Origin: Anaerolineae bacterium
GTDB lineage: Bacteria > Chloroflexota > Anaerolineae > Promineifilales > Promineifilaceae
Length of the DNA: 32,000 nt
Assembly: GCA_020848035.1 (NCBI GenBank)
Contig: JADLAX010000027.1
Span: 41,528-73,527, forward strand
Reading direction: 5' to 3'
Part shown: positions 1 through 8,008 of the stretch, piece by piece
How the letters are laid out: the number at the start of each line of letters is the position of its first letter
How positions within the stretch are numbered: the first letter of the stretch is position 1
Program-made: the position numbers and the translations under genes
Notes under the pieces: generated by a model
What the model saw: the letters and a program-made list of their open reading frames with translations, nothing else
Told to the model about the DNA's origin: nothing
Databases searched by the model: none

Positions 1-961
1 TCAGCGCCTGGCGGCACGGCTCGATGGAGCGCTTCACCAGCTCATCGGTCAGCTGTTCAAACTTGGCCCGGGAGAGGGTCAGGTTTAAATGCTTGGGTCC
101 GGTCGCATCGGCCGTTATATAGGGCAAATTAAGTTCGGTCTGCATGGTGGTAGACAGCTCGATCTTGGCTTTTTCGGACGCTTCCCGCAAACGCTGCAGC
201 GCCTGGCGGTCCTCACGCAGGTCGATGCCCTGGTCCATTTTGAACTGCTCGGCGGCCCAGTCGATAATCTTCTGGTCGAAGTCGTCACCGCCCAGGAAGG
301 TGTCGCCGTTGGTGGATTTCACCTCAAAAACGCCGTCGCCTACTTCCAGGATGGAAATATCGAAGGTACCGCCACCCAAATCGTAGACGGCAATCAGTTC
401 GTCGGCGTTGCTGCCCAGGCCATAGGCCAGGGACGAGGCCGTTGGCTCGTTGACGATGCGCAGCACTTCGAGGCCGGCAATCTTGCCTGCGTCCTTGGTT
501 GCCTGGCGCTGGCTGTCATTAAAGTAAGCGGGCACGGTGATAACTGCCTGGGTTACCGGCTGGCCCAAATAGGCTTCGGCATCGGCCTTGATTTTTTGCA
601 GGATCATGGCCGACACTTCCGGCGGGGAATATTCCCGATCGCTCAGCACAACACGCACATCACCATTGGGCGCTTTGCGCACTTCATAGGGGACGTATTT
701 CAGCGCTTTTTGCACCACGGGGTCATCAAATTTACGCCCCATGAAGCGCTTTACGGAAAAAACGGTGTTGAGCGGGTTGATGACCGCCTGACGCTTGGCT
801 ACCTGCCCCACTAATCGTTCGCCGGTTTTGGTGTTGATGGCGACGATGGAGGGGAAAGTACGGCCGCCTTCCGCGCTGGAGATGACAACCGGTTCGCCGC
901 CTTCCATAACGGCCGCTACGGAGTTTGTGGTTCCTAAATCGATTCCAATTATTTTGCCCAT
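1..961 (-). CDS. dnaK: Molecular chaperone DnaK (Hsp70), N-terminal ~320 codons; the C-terminal part lies beyond the window edge
   Basis: Absent from the ORF track because it runs off the window. The reverse complement from the ATG at 961-959 reads [27 protein letters not shown]...[20 protein letters not shown]...[12 protein letters not shown], the Hsp70 ATPase-domain signatures. It lies 23 nt downstream of grpE on the same strand. Confidence 0.95.
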   Translation of the reverse strand, partial: MGKIIGIDLGTTNSVAAVMEGGEPVVISSAEGGRTFPSIVAINTKTGERLVGQVAKRQAVINPLNTVFSVKRFMGRKFDDPVVQKALKYVPYEVRKAPNGDVRVVLSDREYSPPEVSAMILQKIKADAEAYLGQPVTQAVITVPAYFNDSQRQATKDAGKIAGLEVLRIVNEPTASSLAYGLGSNADELIAVYDLGGGTFDISILEVGDGVFEVKSTNGDTFLGGDDFDQKIIDWAAEQFKMDQGIDLREDRQALQRLREASEKAKIELSTTMQTELNLPYITADATGPKHLNLTLSRAKFEQLTDELVKRSIEPCRQAL

Positions 962-984
962 GTTTATTATTCCTTGTGTTTGTT

Positions 985-1560
985 TTACGCGGCTACGACA
1001 ACAAGCGACGGCCGTATCACACGATCTCCAATTTTGTACCCGGTTTGCAAGACGCGACAAACCACCCCGCTTTCGTACGCATCGGTCATTTCTTGGGTGA
1101 TGGCTTCATGCAGGTTTGGATCAAAAGGCTGCCCAACGGCTTCAATGGGGGTAACGTTAAACGTGTCCAGCGTTGCCAAAAGTTTGCGCTGCACCAGCTG
1201 GATACCTTCTAACCAGCTGTGGCCCTCAATTTCTGCGGGCAAATTTTCCATCGCCCGGTCAAAATCATCGACAATGGGCAGCAGCTTGTCGATGACGTTG
1301 GCCGTGGCATTGCCGTACGCATCGAGCCGCTGCTTTTCCATGCGCTTGCGGGCATTGGCAAACTCTGCCTGGCTGCGCAGCCAACGATCTTTGTAATCTT
1401 CGGCCTCGGCCTGAGCCGCGGCCAGCAGTTGTTCCACCGTGGGCGGTTCGGCCACGGCCGTTCCTGTCTCAACCTCGGTCACACCATCAGCGTCGTTGCC
1501 CGCGACTTCGGGTTCTTCCACGGCATTCTGAATTTCTTCAGCTCTGGATTGGTCATTCAC
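985..1560 (-). CDS. grpE: Nucleotide exchange factor GrpE
   Basis: 191-aa ORF with an acidic N-terminus followed by the GrpE core ([29 protein letters not shown]). It sits between hrcA and dnaK. Confidence 0.93.
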   Translation of the reverse strand: MNDQSRAEEIQNAVEEPEVAGNDADGVTEVETGTAVAEPPTVEQLLAAAQAEAEDYKDRWLRSQAEFANARKRMEKQRLDAYGNATANVIDKLLPIVDDFDRAMENLPAEIEGHSWLEGIQLVQRKLLATLDTFNVTPIEAVGQPFDPNLHEAITQEMTDAYESGVVCRVLQTGYKIGDRVIRPSLVVVAA

Positions 1561-1574
1561 AAGCTCTTACCTCT

Positions 1575-2618
1575 CTAAACAGACTCTCTACGGTCTGGGT
1601 CTTCCAAATAGTAATCGTATACAAAACCGCTCATCAGGTTGGCCACATATTGCACGGCCGCGACGTTACGGCCGTATGACATGCGCGTCGGACCAATGAC
1701 AGCCACGGTACCGCTAAACTGGTCAGCCACACCGTAGCGGGAAAGAATAATCGAGCAATCTTTTAGCTCTTCCCAACGGCCGTCGCCGCCAATCACCACC
1801 TGCACCCCACCCGGCGACGTTTGCGTTTCGGCCAAAACATTCGCCAGCAAGGTCCGCTCTTCCAGCACCCGCACCGCCTGCCGGGTGCCTGCGTCCTCCA
1901 CAATATTCATCAATCCATCGCGGTAAATTTCGGTAATGGTGCGCGTATCGGAACGGCGCAGCGCTTCCAGCGTCAGCTTGGCCACGTCCGATTCCAGTTC
2001 GTCTAGATGCCCTGTATTCAAACGATAGATGGCCTCGTCATACGTAGCATCGGCCAGCAGCAAGTTCATACGGTCCGCCGCCGCGCTGAGGCGTGCCTGA
2101 GACAACGGTTCGGCCAGCGTCAGCATCTGCTGCTTCACCTCGCCGCCATACAGCACCAAAATCATCAGCACCAGGCGACCCTGCGTAGAAATGAGTTGGA
2201 GATGTTTAAAGCGGTTAGAGCGGGGGCGCGGCGCGGTCACAAAACTGGCCCCCAGGGAGGTGCGCGCCAGGATGGCCGCCGCCAGCTTCATCCACTGGTC
2301 CAGATCCAACCGGGCCTGGTGGAACTGGTGCCGGATCATCTGCTCTTCGTGGATGGGCAGGCGAAACTCACCCAGCAGCTTCTGCACAAAGTAGCGATAA
2401 CCAACCTCTGTAGGAATACGCCCGGCCGAGGTGTGCAGCTGGATCAGATAGCCCATCTCATCCAACGCCGCCAGTTCATGGCGCACCGTGGCCGAACTCA
2501 CGTCCAGGTCATACTGCTCAACCAGCCCTTTGGAACTCACCGGCTGGCCAGTTTCGACATAGGTACGAACAACTAAACCTAATATTTTTTCTTGTCGATC
2601 GGTCAGTATTTCAAACAT
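1575..2618 (-). CDS. hrcA: Heat-inducible transcriptional repressor HrcA
   Basis: The ORF track gives 1575-2678. The typical HrcA N-terminus (MFEILTDRQEKILGLVVRTYVETGQPVSS, winged helix) begins at the ATG at 2618, and the 20 extra codons fall inside a leader hairpin. A CIRCE element lies upstream and grpE-dnaK downstream. Confidence 0.92.
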   Translation of the reverse strand: MFEILTDRQEKILGLVVRTYVETGQPVSSKGLVEQYDLDVSSATVRHELAALDEMGYLIQLHTSAGRIPTEVGYRYFVQKLLGEFRLPIHEEQMIRHQFHQARLDLDQWMKLAAAILARTSLGASFVTAPRPRSNRFKHLQLISTQGRLVLMILVLYGGEVKQQMLTLAEPLSQARLSAAADRMNLLLADATYDEAIYRLNTGHLDELESDVAKLTLEALRRSDTRTITEIYRDGLMNIVEDAGTRQAVRVLEERTLLANVLAETQTSPGGVQVVIGGDGRWEELKDCSIILSRYGVADQFSGTVAVIGPTRMSYGRNVAAVQYVANLMSGFVYDYYLEDPDRRESV

Positions 2619-2638
2619 ATCGCGTTTCGACGAACATA

Positions 2639-2680
2639 CAATGAGACTAGTGTTGCCGCTTGCAAGTCCTAGTCTCATTG
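2639..2680 (-). promoter_or_regulatory. Perfect 12-bp stem / 18-nt loop hairpin in the hrcA 5' leader
   Basis: caatgagactag (2639-2650) pairs perfectly with ctagtctcattg (2669-2680). It lies between CIRCE and the hrcA ATG at 2618. Confidence 0.6.
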
Positions 2681-2694
2681 AGTTTGATATTTAG

Positions 2695-2721
2695 TTAGCA
2701 CTCTTGCTTTATGAGTGCTAA
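2695..2721. promoter_or_regulatory. CIRCE operator (HrcA binding site), perfect consensus
   Basis: TTAGCACTC-ttgctttat-GAGTGCTAA, an exact match to the TTAGCACTC-N9-GAGTGCTAA consensus. It lies 77 nt upstream of the hrcA start and just downstream of the putative promoter. Confidence 0.93.
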
Positions 2722-2736
2722 AAGGGTGCTTCAAAT

Positions 2737-2765
2737 ATCATAACATGCCGCCAAATAAGCGTCAA
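2737..2765 (-). promoter_or_regulatory. Putative sigma-70-type promoter of hrcA-grpE-dnaK
   Basis: The minus strand reads TTGACG (2765-2760), a 17-nt spacer, then TATGAT (2742-2737). CIRCE starts about 10-15 nt downstream of the -10 box, the usual arrangement. Confidence 0.55.
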
Positions 2766-2805
2766 ATAAGAACCATGTTAGATCAGGGGGTAAAACAGGT
2801 AAGAG

Positions 2806-4284
2806 TTAGTCTTGAGAGGAGAGGGAAGTGGTATCAGACGGCCGTATCTCGTCCAGCGCATCGGGCAGGGGTTCCTTACGGCTTTTGCGCTCGATAATTT
2901 GCCAGATCGTGCGCAGGATAATTTTGAGATCGAGCAAAATCGACCAGTTTTCCATGTACCACAAATCGTACTTGGTCCGTTCGGCAATGGAGGTGTCACC
3001 GCGCAAACCATTGACCTGCGCCCAACCGGTCATGCCGCCCTTTTCTTGGTGGCGATCCATGTAGCGCGGCACCGTCTGGCGAAACTGCTCAACGTAATGC
3101 GCCTGCTCCGGGCGCGGTCCCACCAGGCTCATCTCGCCCAGCAGCACGTTGATCAGGTTGGGCAGCTCATCGGCCTCAATTTTGCGAATGAAAGTGCCCA
3201 ACCGCGTCTGGCGCGGATCGTTATCGGTGGTCCAGCCAGGACCGTTCCGTTCCGCATCACGCCTCATAGAGCGAAACTTGATCATGCGGAATGGCTTGGC
3301 GTCTAACCCCATGCGCTCCTGCACAAAAAAGACCGGGCCGGGCGATTCCAGCTTGATGGCCATGGCAATCAACATCATCAACGGCGAGAGGATTACCAGG
3401 CCAAACGCCGCCCCCAGCACATCCATCAACCGCTTGAAGATGAGCAGGTAGCCACGCAGCGCATAATCGCGCACAGAGAGCAGCGGCAGCCCGCCTAATT
3501 CGTCAATGCTGGCCTGGGAGGTCACAAATTGGAATACATCGGGGAAGATTTTGATAGAAACCCGGCCACGTTCACAGTAAGAAATGACGCGCACGGTTTC
3601 GCGATGCCCTTTTTCTGGCATTGCAATGATCACTTCATTGATACCGAGCTGCTCAATCAGCACGGGCAAATCTTCCGGGCTGCCTAGAATTGGCATGCCG
3701 CCAAATTCTTTGCCGTTGTCTAGCCCATTTACCACGCCCATTAGCTCATAGCCCAGGTAGGGTGAATGCAAAATGCGCTGGATTACCGCATAAGCCATGT
3801 CACCGGTGCCCACCACAATGAGCCGATCTTTGCCCCAGCCCCGGTTGCGCAGGGCTGCCCGCACCATTTGGTGCAGGGCACGGCCCAAAACCAGCAGCAC
3901 AATGGTGATGACCCAGGCATAAATGATCATCGCCCGGGGATAATCGAGGATCACCCGGTCGCCCTTAAACAAGAAGGTGGTGAGCGCTACGGCCAGCAGG
4001 GTGCCGATGGAAACGGCCGCAAACACATAATAAAATTGGTCAACGCGAGAAACCGCCCGGGGAATGTAATACAGACGATAAAAAAACAGGGCAACCACGA
4101 TGGAGATAATCTGCACCATCAGCAAACCGGAATAGGCATTCAACGGCACAGTCGTGGCCAACGGTTCGGGCCAATCGATGACAATCCTCAGCCGGTAAGC
4201 CAACACGAAAGCGACAGCGATGAGGAAGGCATCCAGGATCACCAGAGAAATGGTGTATATCGTGCGAATCCGCTGTGTGGACAT
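2806..4284 (-). CDS. Polyprenyl-phosphate glycosyl-1-phosphate transferase (bacterial sugar transferase, WbaP/EpsB-like; exopolysaccharide or O-antigen initiation)
   Basis: 492 aa. It has N-terminal TM helices, a central Rossmann-like region (LIVVGTGDMA), and the C-terminal bacterial sugar-transferase domain (PGPVFFVQERMGLDAKPFRMIKFRSM...DELPNLINVLLGEMSLVGPRP). Confidence 0.87.
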   Translation of the reverse strand: MSTQRIRTIYTISLVILDAFLIAVAFVLAYRLRIVIDWPEPLATTVPLNAYSGLLMVQIISIVVALFFYRLYYIPRAVSRVDQFYYVFAAVSIGTLLAVALTTFLFKGDRVILDYPRAMIIYAWVITIVLLVLGRALHQMVRAALRNRGWGKDRLIVVGTGDMAYAVIQRILHSPYLGYELMGVVNGLDNGKEFGGMPILGSPEDLPVLIEQLGINEVIIAMPEKGHRETVRVISYCERGRVSIKIFPDVFQFVTSQASIDELGGLPLLSVRDYALRGYLLIFKRLMDVLGAAFGLVILSPLMMLIAMAIKLESPGPVFFVQERMGLDAKPFRMIKFRSMRRDAERNGPGWTTDNDPRQTRLGTFIRKIEADELPNLINVLLGEMSLVGPRPEQAHYVEQFRQTVPRYMDRHQEKGGMTGWAQVNGLRGDTSIAERTKYDLWYMENWSILLDLKIILRTIWQIIERKSRKEPLPDALDEIRPSDTTSLSSQD

Positions 4285-4435
4285 GATGGTATTGTATCAA
4301 AGTGCCAGAGGGCAACCAACCGACCAGGCAACGGCCGTCTGCCGTTCAGTCTTTGTTAAACCTACGTCAACGGCGCATTCATAAATTGATCCTATAATAA
4401 TGACAGACCTTTCTAATTTTCTATGGAGCAAGCAC

Positions 4436-5659
4436 ATGATTTCCCGTTTAGCCTCTAGCCTTAGCGTTATTGTTTTGAGCATCATTGTTTTTCTGGGTGG
4501 CTACGTTTTAGGCCAATCGCCCGTCGCACCTGTTCAAGTTTTTGCGGATACGGCCGTTTCCCCGCCCACCACCGCCGAATTTGAACCCTTTTGGGAAGTG
4601 TGGGAGTTGGTCCACGAGCGTTACCTGCGCCAGCCGGTAGACAACACTGCGCTCGTGGAAGGTGCCATCGAAGGGATGCTGGCCGCGTTAGGCGATCCGC
4701 ATACCAGCTACCTCTCCCCCGCAGACCAGCAGGCCGCAGAAGAATCTATGGATGGCGAATTCCAGGGCATTGGGGCTGAAGTGGAGGACGTAGACGGCAA
4801 TATCACCGTTGTAGCTCCCATCGACGGCTCTCCGGCGGCCGCGGCGGGCATTCAACCGGGCGATATTTTGCGCATGGCCGATGGTGTGGAGCTAACCGGC
4901 ATGGACGTGACGGAAGCTGCGGCCCTGGTGCGCGGCCCGGCGGGCACCACCGTCAGCCTGGTCATTGAACGGGAGGGCGAACTGCTAAACATCGACATTG
5001 TGCGAGACGTGATTAAGCTGGCCACCGTGCGCGGTGAAATTTTAGACCAAGGCATTGCCTATCTGCGCCTGAGCCGCTTTGGCAATACGACCGACGAGGA
5101 GTTGGAAGAGCTTTTACCGGGGCTGCTGGCCGAAAATCCTTCCGGGTTGATTCTAGACCTGCGCCGCAACCCTGGCGGTTCCCTCGAAACGGTGGTGGAA
5201 ATCGCCGACCAGTTTTTGGGCGACGGTCTGGCCCTGGTGGAACGTTTTGGCGATGGGGAGGAACGGCCGTTTGAAATCAGCGACGACGGGCTGGCCCAGG
5301 ATATCCCCATGGTGGTGCTCATTGACGAAGGCAGCGCCAGTGCCTCAGAAGTGCTGGCTGGCGCGATCCAGGATCGCGGACGAGGCGTGCTGATTGGGCA
5401 GATTTCCTTTGGCAAGGGTACCGTGCAAACCTGGCACACCTTGTCCAACAATGGCGGTGTGCGGGTAACAATTGCCGAGTGGCTGACGCCCAATAAAAGC
5501 TCCATCGACCAGGTGGGCCTGACGCCCGATTACTACATTCCCCTGCCCGACGTAGAAAACGGAGCGGCGTTTGAAGATACGCAGCTGCAAGCAGCCATCG
5601 ACTTTTTGCAGGGCAAAACGGTTATCAGCATTCCCCCGGAACCCAATCTGGAAAATTAG
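4436..5659 (+). CDS. S41 family carboxyl-terminal processing protease (PDZ domain, Ctp-like)
   Basis: The ORF track start is 4400. The ATG at 4436 is preceded by GGAG (4425-4428) and gives a signal-anchor N-terminus (MISRLASSLSVIVLSIIVFLGG). A PDZ region (GIGAEV...SPAAAAGIQPGDIL) and the S41 catalytic region (LIDEGSASASEVLAGA) are present. Confidence 0.88.
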   Translation: MISRLASSLSVIVLSIIVFLGGYVLGQSPVAPVQVFADTAVSPPTTAEFEPFWEVWELVHERYLRQPVDNTALVEGAIEGMLAALGDPHTSYLSPADQQAAEESMDGEFQGIGAEVEDVDGNITVVAPIDGSPAAAAGIQPGDILRMADGVELTGMDVTEAAALVRGPAGTTVSLVIEREGELLNIDIVRDVIKLATVRGEILDQGIAYLRLSRFGNTTDEELEELLPGLLAENPSGLILDLRRNPGGSLETVVEIADQFLGDGLALVERFGDGEERPFEISDDGLAQDIPMVVLIDEGSASASEVLAGAIQDRGRGVLIGQISFGKGTVQTWHTLSNNGGVRVTIAEWLTPNKSSIDQVGLTPDYYIPLPDVENGAAFEDTQLQAAIDFLQGKTVISIPPEPNLEN

Positions 5660-5674
5660 CGCCTGGCTTATATC

Positions 5675-5706
5675 GGGCAAAGGTGCGATAGCCTGCACCT
5701 TTGCCC
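5675..5706 (+). terminator. Strong hairpin after the protease gene (possible terminator, no T-tract)
   Basis: gggcaaaggtgc (5675-5686) pairs perfectly with gcacctttgccc (5695-5706) across an 8-nt loop, starting about 15 nt after the stop. No U-run follows, so the function is tentative. It overlaps the upstream-most TTG start offered by the ORF track for the next gene. Confidence 0.4.
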
Positions 5707-5766
5707 GACAACATTCACCCACCGCAGCCGTGGACAAATTCCCACCCCCTCAAGCAGGAGCAACCC

Positions 5767-7311
5767 TTGGCGATCATTCTCATTACCGGAGCAACCGACG
5801 GCATTGGTCTGGCATTGGCCCAGCAGTACACTTTGGCCAAACACCAGCTGATTTTGGTAGGACGACGGCCGTTTCCCCCCCACCCTGATCCGATGTTCAC
5901 CCCGCAAACCTACTGCCAGGCCGATCTGGCCCAGCCCGATGCCGCCGACACCATTGCCCACTGGCTGGAAAATCAGGGCATTCACACATTAGATTTGCTC
6001 ATCCACAACGCAGGAACCGGCTACTTTGGCGCGCTGGCCGCCCAGCCGCTGGACCAGATTGATGAGCTGCTCACCGCCAACCTGCACAGCCCAATCGCCA
6101 TCACCCACCGGCTGTTTCCCTGGTTGCAAAAGGCGCGGGGCCAGGTAGTGTTTGTCAGCTCGGTGGCGACGGCCGTTCCCACCCCCGAATACGCCGTCTA
6201 TGGGGCCAGCAAACTGGCGCTGGAAGGCTTTGCCCGCAGCCTGCGCGTGGAATGGCAGGGGCAGGTAACGGTGCAAACGATCCGGCCTGGGGCAACCCGC
6301 ACCGGAATGCACCAAAAAATCGGCCTGACCCAGGCACAAATGAATTGGGAAAAGTTTGCCCCGGCGGAAAAAGTGGCCCGCCAGATAATCCGGGCCATTG
6401 AACAGAAACGGCCGTCAGCCACCATCGGCTTGGGCAATCAATTGCTGCGCTTTGTGGGCAGAAACGGCCGTGTCCTGCTCGATCCTCTCCTACGCAGAAG
6501 AGCCACACCGCTTACCAGCCAGCCGACCAGGGCCAGCGCCGCGCCCATCTGCCTCATCACCGGGGCCGCCGACGGCATTGGCCGAGCGCTGGCGCTGCGT
6601 TATGCCCAGGCGGGCTATCACATCATTGGGCTGGACGTTGACGGCACCAAAGCGGCCCACACGCGAGCCGAGATCGTCGCCCAGGGCGGCCAGGCGGAAT
6701 TTATCCTGGGGGATTTGAGCAGCCGGGCCGAATTGGCCGCCATGCTGCCCCAACTGGCTACGCTTGGCCCATTCAGCTGCGTCATTCACAACGCAGGCAT
6801 CAGCGCCGTGGGGCGTTTTGAGGCGCTGCCACTGGACCGGCAGCAGGCGGTGCTGCACCTCAACTTGCATGCCCCGCTCTGGCTGACGGCCGAACTGTTC
6901 CGGCAAAAGTGGCTCATGCCGGACGCCCGCTTTATCTTCTTATCGTCGCTGTCTTATTTTGCCAGCTACCCGGGGGCGGCGGTCTATGCCGCCAGCAAGG
7001 ATGGCCTGGCCAACTATGCGCGCAGCCTGCAAGCCGCCTGGCGCGGCCGCTGCCTCACCGTGTTCCCTGGCCCGGTACGCACCGCCCACGCCCGCCGCTA
7101 CAGCCCAGACAACAGCCGGGAAGACGGCCGTATGCCCCCCGAAACGCTCGCCAACGCCATCTTCCGCGCCGAACAGGCAGGCAAATCCCGCCTAATTCCT
7201 GGCCCAGCCAACAGAATTATGGGATTCGCAGGTCATCTTTTCCCCGGCCTGCTGGAAATGGGGATGAAAAAGGTGATTTTGGAGAAGTTGGAGGAGAAGG
7301 TAATTGCGTAA
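5767..7311 (+). CDS. Tandem (double) short-chain dehydrogenase/reductase fusion protein
   Basis: Two complete SDR modules are present. Module 1 has ILITGATDGIG, HNAGTGYFG and YGASK. Module 2 has CLITGAADGIG, HNAGISAVG and YAASK. The start is moved from 5701 to the in-frame TTG at 5767, which has AGGAG (5756-5760) 6 nt upstream and gives the usual short SDR N-terminus. Confidence 0.85.
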   Translation: MAIILITGATDGIGLALAQQYTLAKHQLILVGRRPFPPHPDPMFTPQTYCQADLAQPDAADTIAHWLENQGIHTLDLLIHNAGTGYFGALAAQPLDQIDELLTANLHSPIAITHRLFPWLQKARGQVVFVSSVATAVPTPEYAVYGASKLALEGFARSLRVEWQGQVTVQTIRPGATRTGMHQKIGLTQAQMNWEKFAPAEKVARQIIRAIEQKRPSATIGLGNQLLRFVGRNGRVLLDPLLRRRATPLTSQPTRASAAPICLITGAADGIGRALALRYAQAGYHIIGLDVDGTKAAHTRAEIVAQGGQAEFILGDLSSRAELAAMLPQLATLGPFSCVIHNAGISAVGRFEALPLDRQQAVLHLNLHAPLWLTAELFRQKWLMPDARFIFLSSLSYFASYPGAAVYAASKDGLANYARSLQAAWRGRCLTVFPGPVRTAHARRYSPDNSREDGRMPPETLANAIFRAEQAGKSRLIPGPANRIMGFAGHLFPGLLEMGMKKVILEKLEEKVIA

Positions 7312-7328
7312 TTTGTAATTGGGCAATT
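7298..7328. repeat. Left arm of a 31-bp imperfect inverted repeat (28/31) bracketing the low-GC lipoprotein gene
   Basis: aggtaattgcgtaatttgtaattgggcaatt compared with the reverse complement of 7978-8008, aagtaattgagtaatttgtaattgggtaatt. The arm is built from GTAATTN words at spacings of 8, 7 and 8 nt and contains the SDR stop codon (7309-7311). Confidence 0.8.
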
Positions 7329-7849
7329 TATTGAGGCAAAAAGTCAAAACTGTCGATGATTGCCTCAGCAGCTTTCTCTGGCTCATACCCATCACCAATG
7401 GTAAAAATGACAGCCATCCGGTCTGAATTTTGGATCACGATTGTGTAAATTTCCATTTCGAAAGGAACATTGGCGGCTTGGATAATGTAAAAAGCAGATG
7501 CAATATCATATTTTGCGTGCTCGTAGGTGGACATTTGCACTCCGCTCAGAAGCTCTATATCTTTTAAATATTCATCAACTTGAAGTTGCACAGAATCAAC
7601 GGCCGTAGCCGCAGAAACCTCATCAAACACACGAATCCAAATCGTAACATCACCTTGTTCTTTTGCGTTAAACCAAACACCTTCATCTGGTTCACCCTGA
7701 TAAGGCTCCCAATAAGTTGGATGATTGATCGTAAAGCCCAAACTGGAATCGGTGTAAGTTTGATATCGCTGACATGCTGACAATGAAAAAAGCAGCATCA
7801 GCAAGAATACAAGAGGCTTCCGAACAAACTTTGGCACGAGTTTTTCCAT
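7328..7849 (-). CDS. Hypothetical lipoprotein (low-GC gene)
   Basis: 173 aa. Signal peptide with a lipobox (LLMLLFSLSAC). GC is about 40% in the two 60-nt stretches I counted, against about 60% in the flanks. No recognisable domain. Confidence 0.7.
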   Translation of the reverse strand: MEKLVPKFVRKPLVFLLMLLFSLSACQRYQTYTDSSLGFTINHPTYWEPYQGEPDEGVWFNAKEQGDVTIWIRVFDEVSAATAVDSVQLQVDEYLKDIELLSGVQMSTYEHAKYDIASAFYIIQAANVPFEMEIYTIVIQNSDRMAVIFTIGDGYEPEKAAEAIIDSFDFLPQ

Positions 7850-7881
7850 CGTCGGCGACTAGCTAGCAGAATTTTTCATCG

Positions 7882-7898
7882 GCAGATTACACAGATTT
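7882..7898. repeat. 17-mer GCAGATTACACAGATTT, identical copy at 23276-23292
   Basis: Exact 17/17 identity between two spacers 15 kb apart. Each copy is upstream of a minus-strand gene start, preceded by TTTTTCAT and embedded in AGATTT/AAATCT word repeats. Confidence 0.8.
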
Positions 7899-7977
7899 GA
7901 CAGATCTTTTAATCTTTTTAATCGGCGAAATCTTTGTTTTTTCTGGAAACTCATCCCCAATTTCTGGGCACCAACCC

Positions 7978-8008
7978 AATTACCCAATTACAAATTACTC
8001 AATTACTT
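7978..8008. repeat. Right arm of the 31-bp inverted repeat bracketing the low-GC lipoprotein gene
   Basis: aattacccaattacaaattactcaattactt. It contains the recN stop codon (8003-8005). See the left arm at 7298-7328. Confidence 0.8.

Noticed and set aside
89-814. 241-aa plus-strand ORF (and 144-386, 795-1100 and others) overlapping dnaK
   Set aside because: It lies antisense to an unambiguous DnaK coding sequence. It has the Gly/Arg/Val-rich low-complexity composition typical of shadow ORFs in GC-rich DNA.
2619-2678. 20-codon N-terminal extension of hrcA (ATG at 2678)
   Set aside because: The extension (MRLGLASGNTSLIVCSSKRD) is not HrcA-like, and its ATG is part of a perfect 12-bp leader hairpin. 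The canonical HrcA N-terminus begins at 2618.
4297-4485. 62-aa minus-strand ORF in the sugar-transferase / protease divergent spacer
   Set aside because: It overlaps the protease start region on the opposite strand. It has no SD and no motifs, so it is likely spurious.
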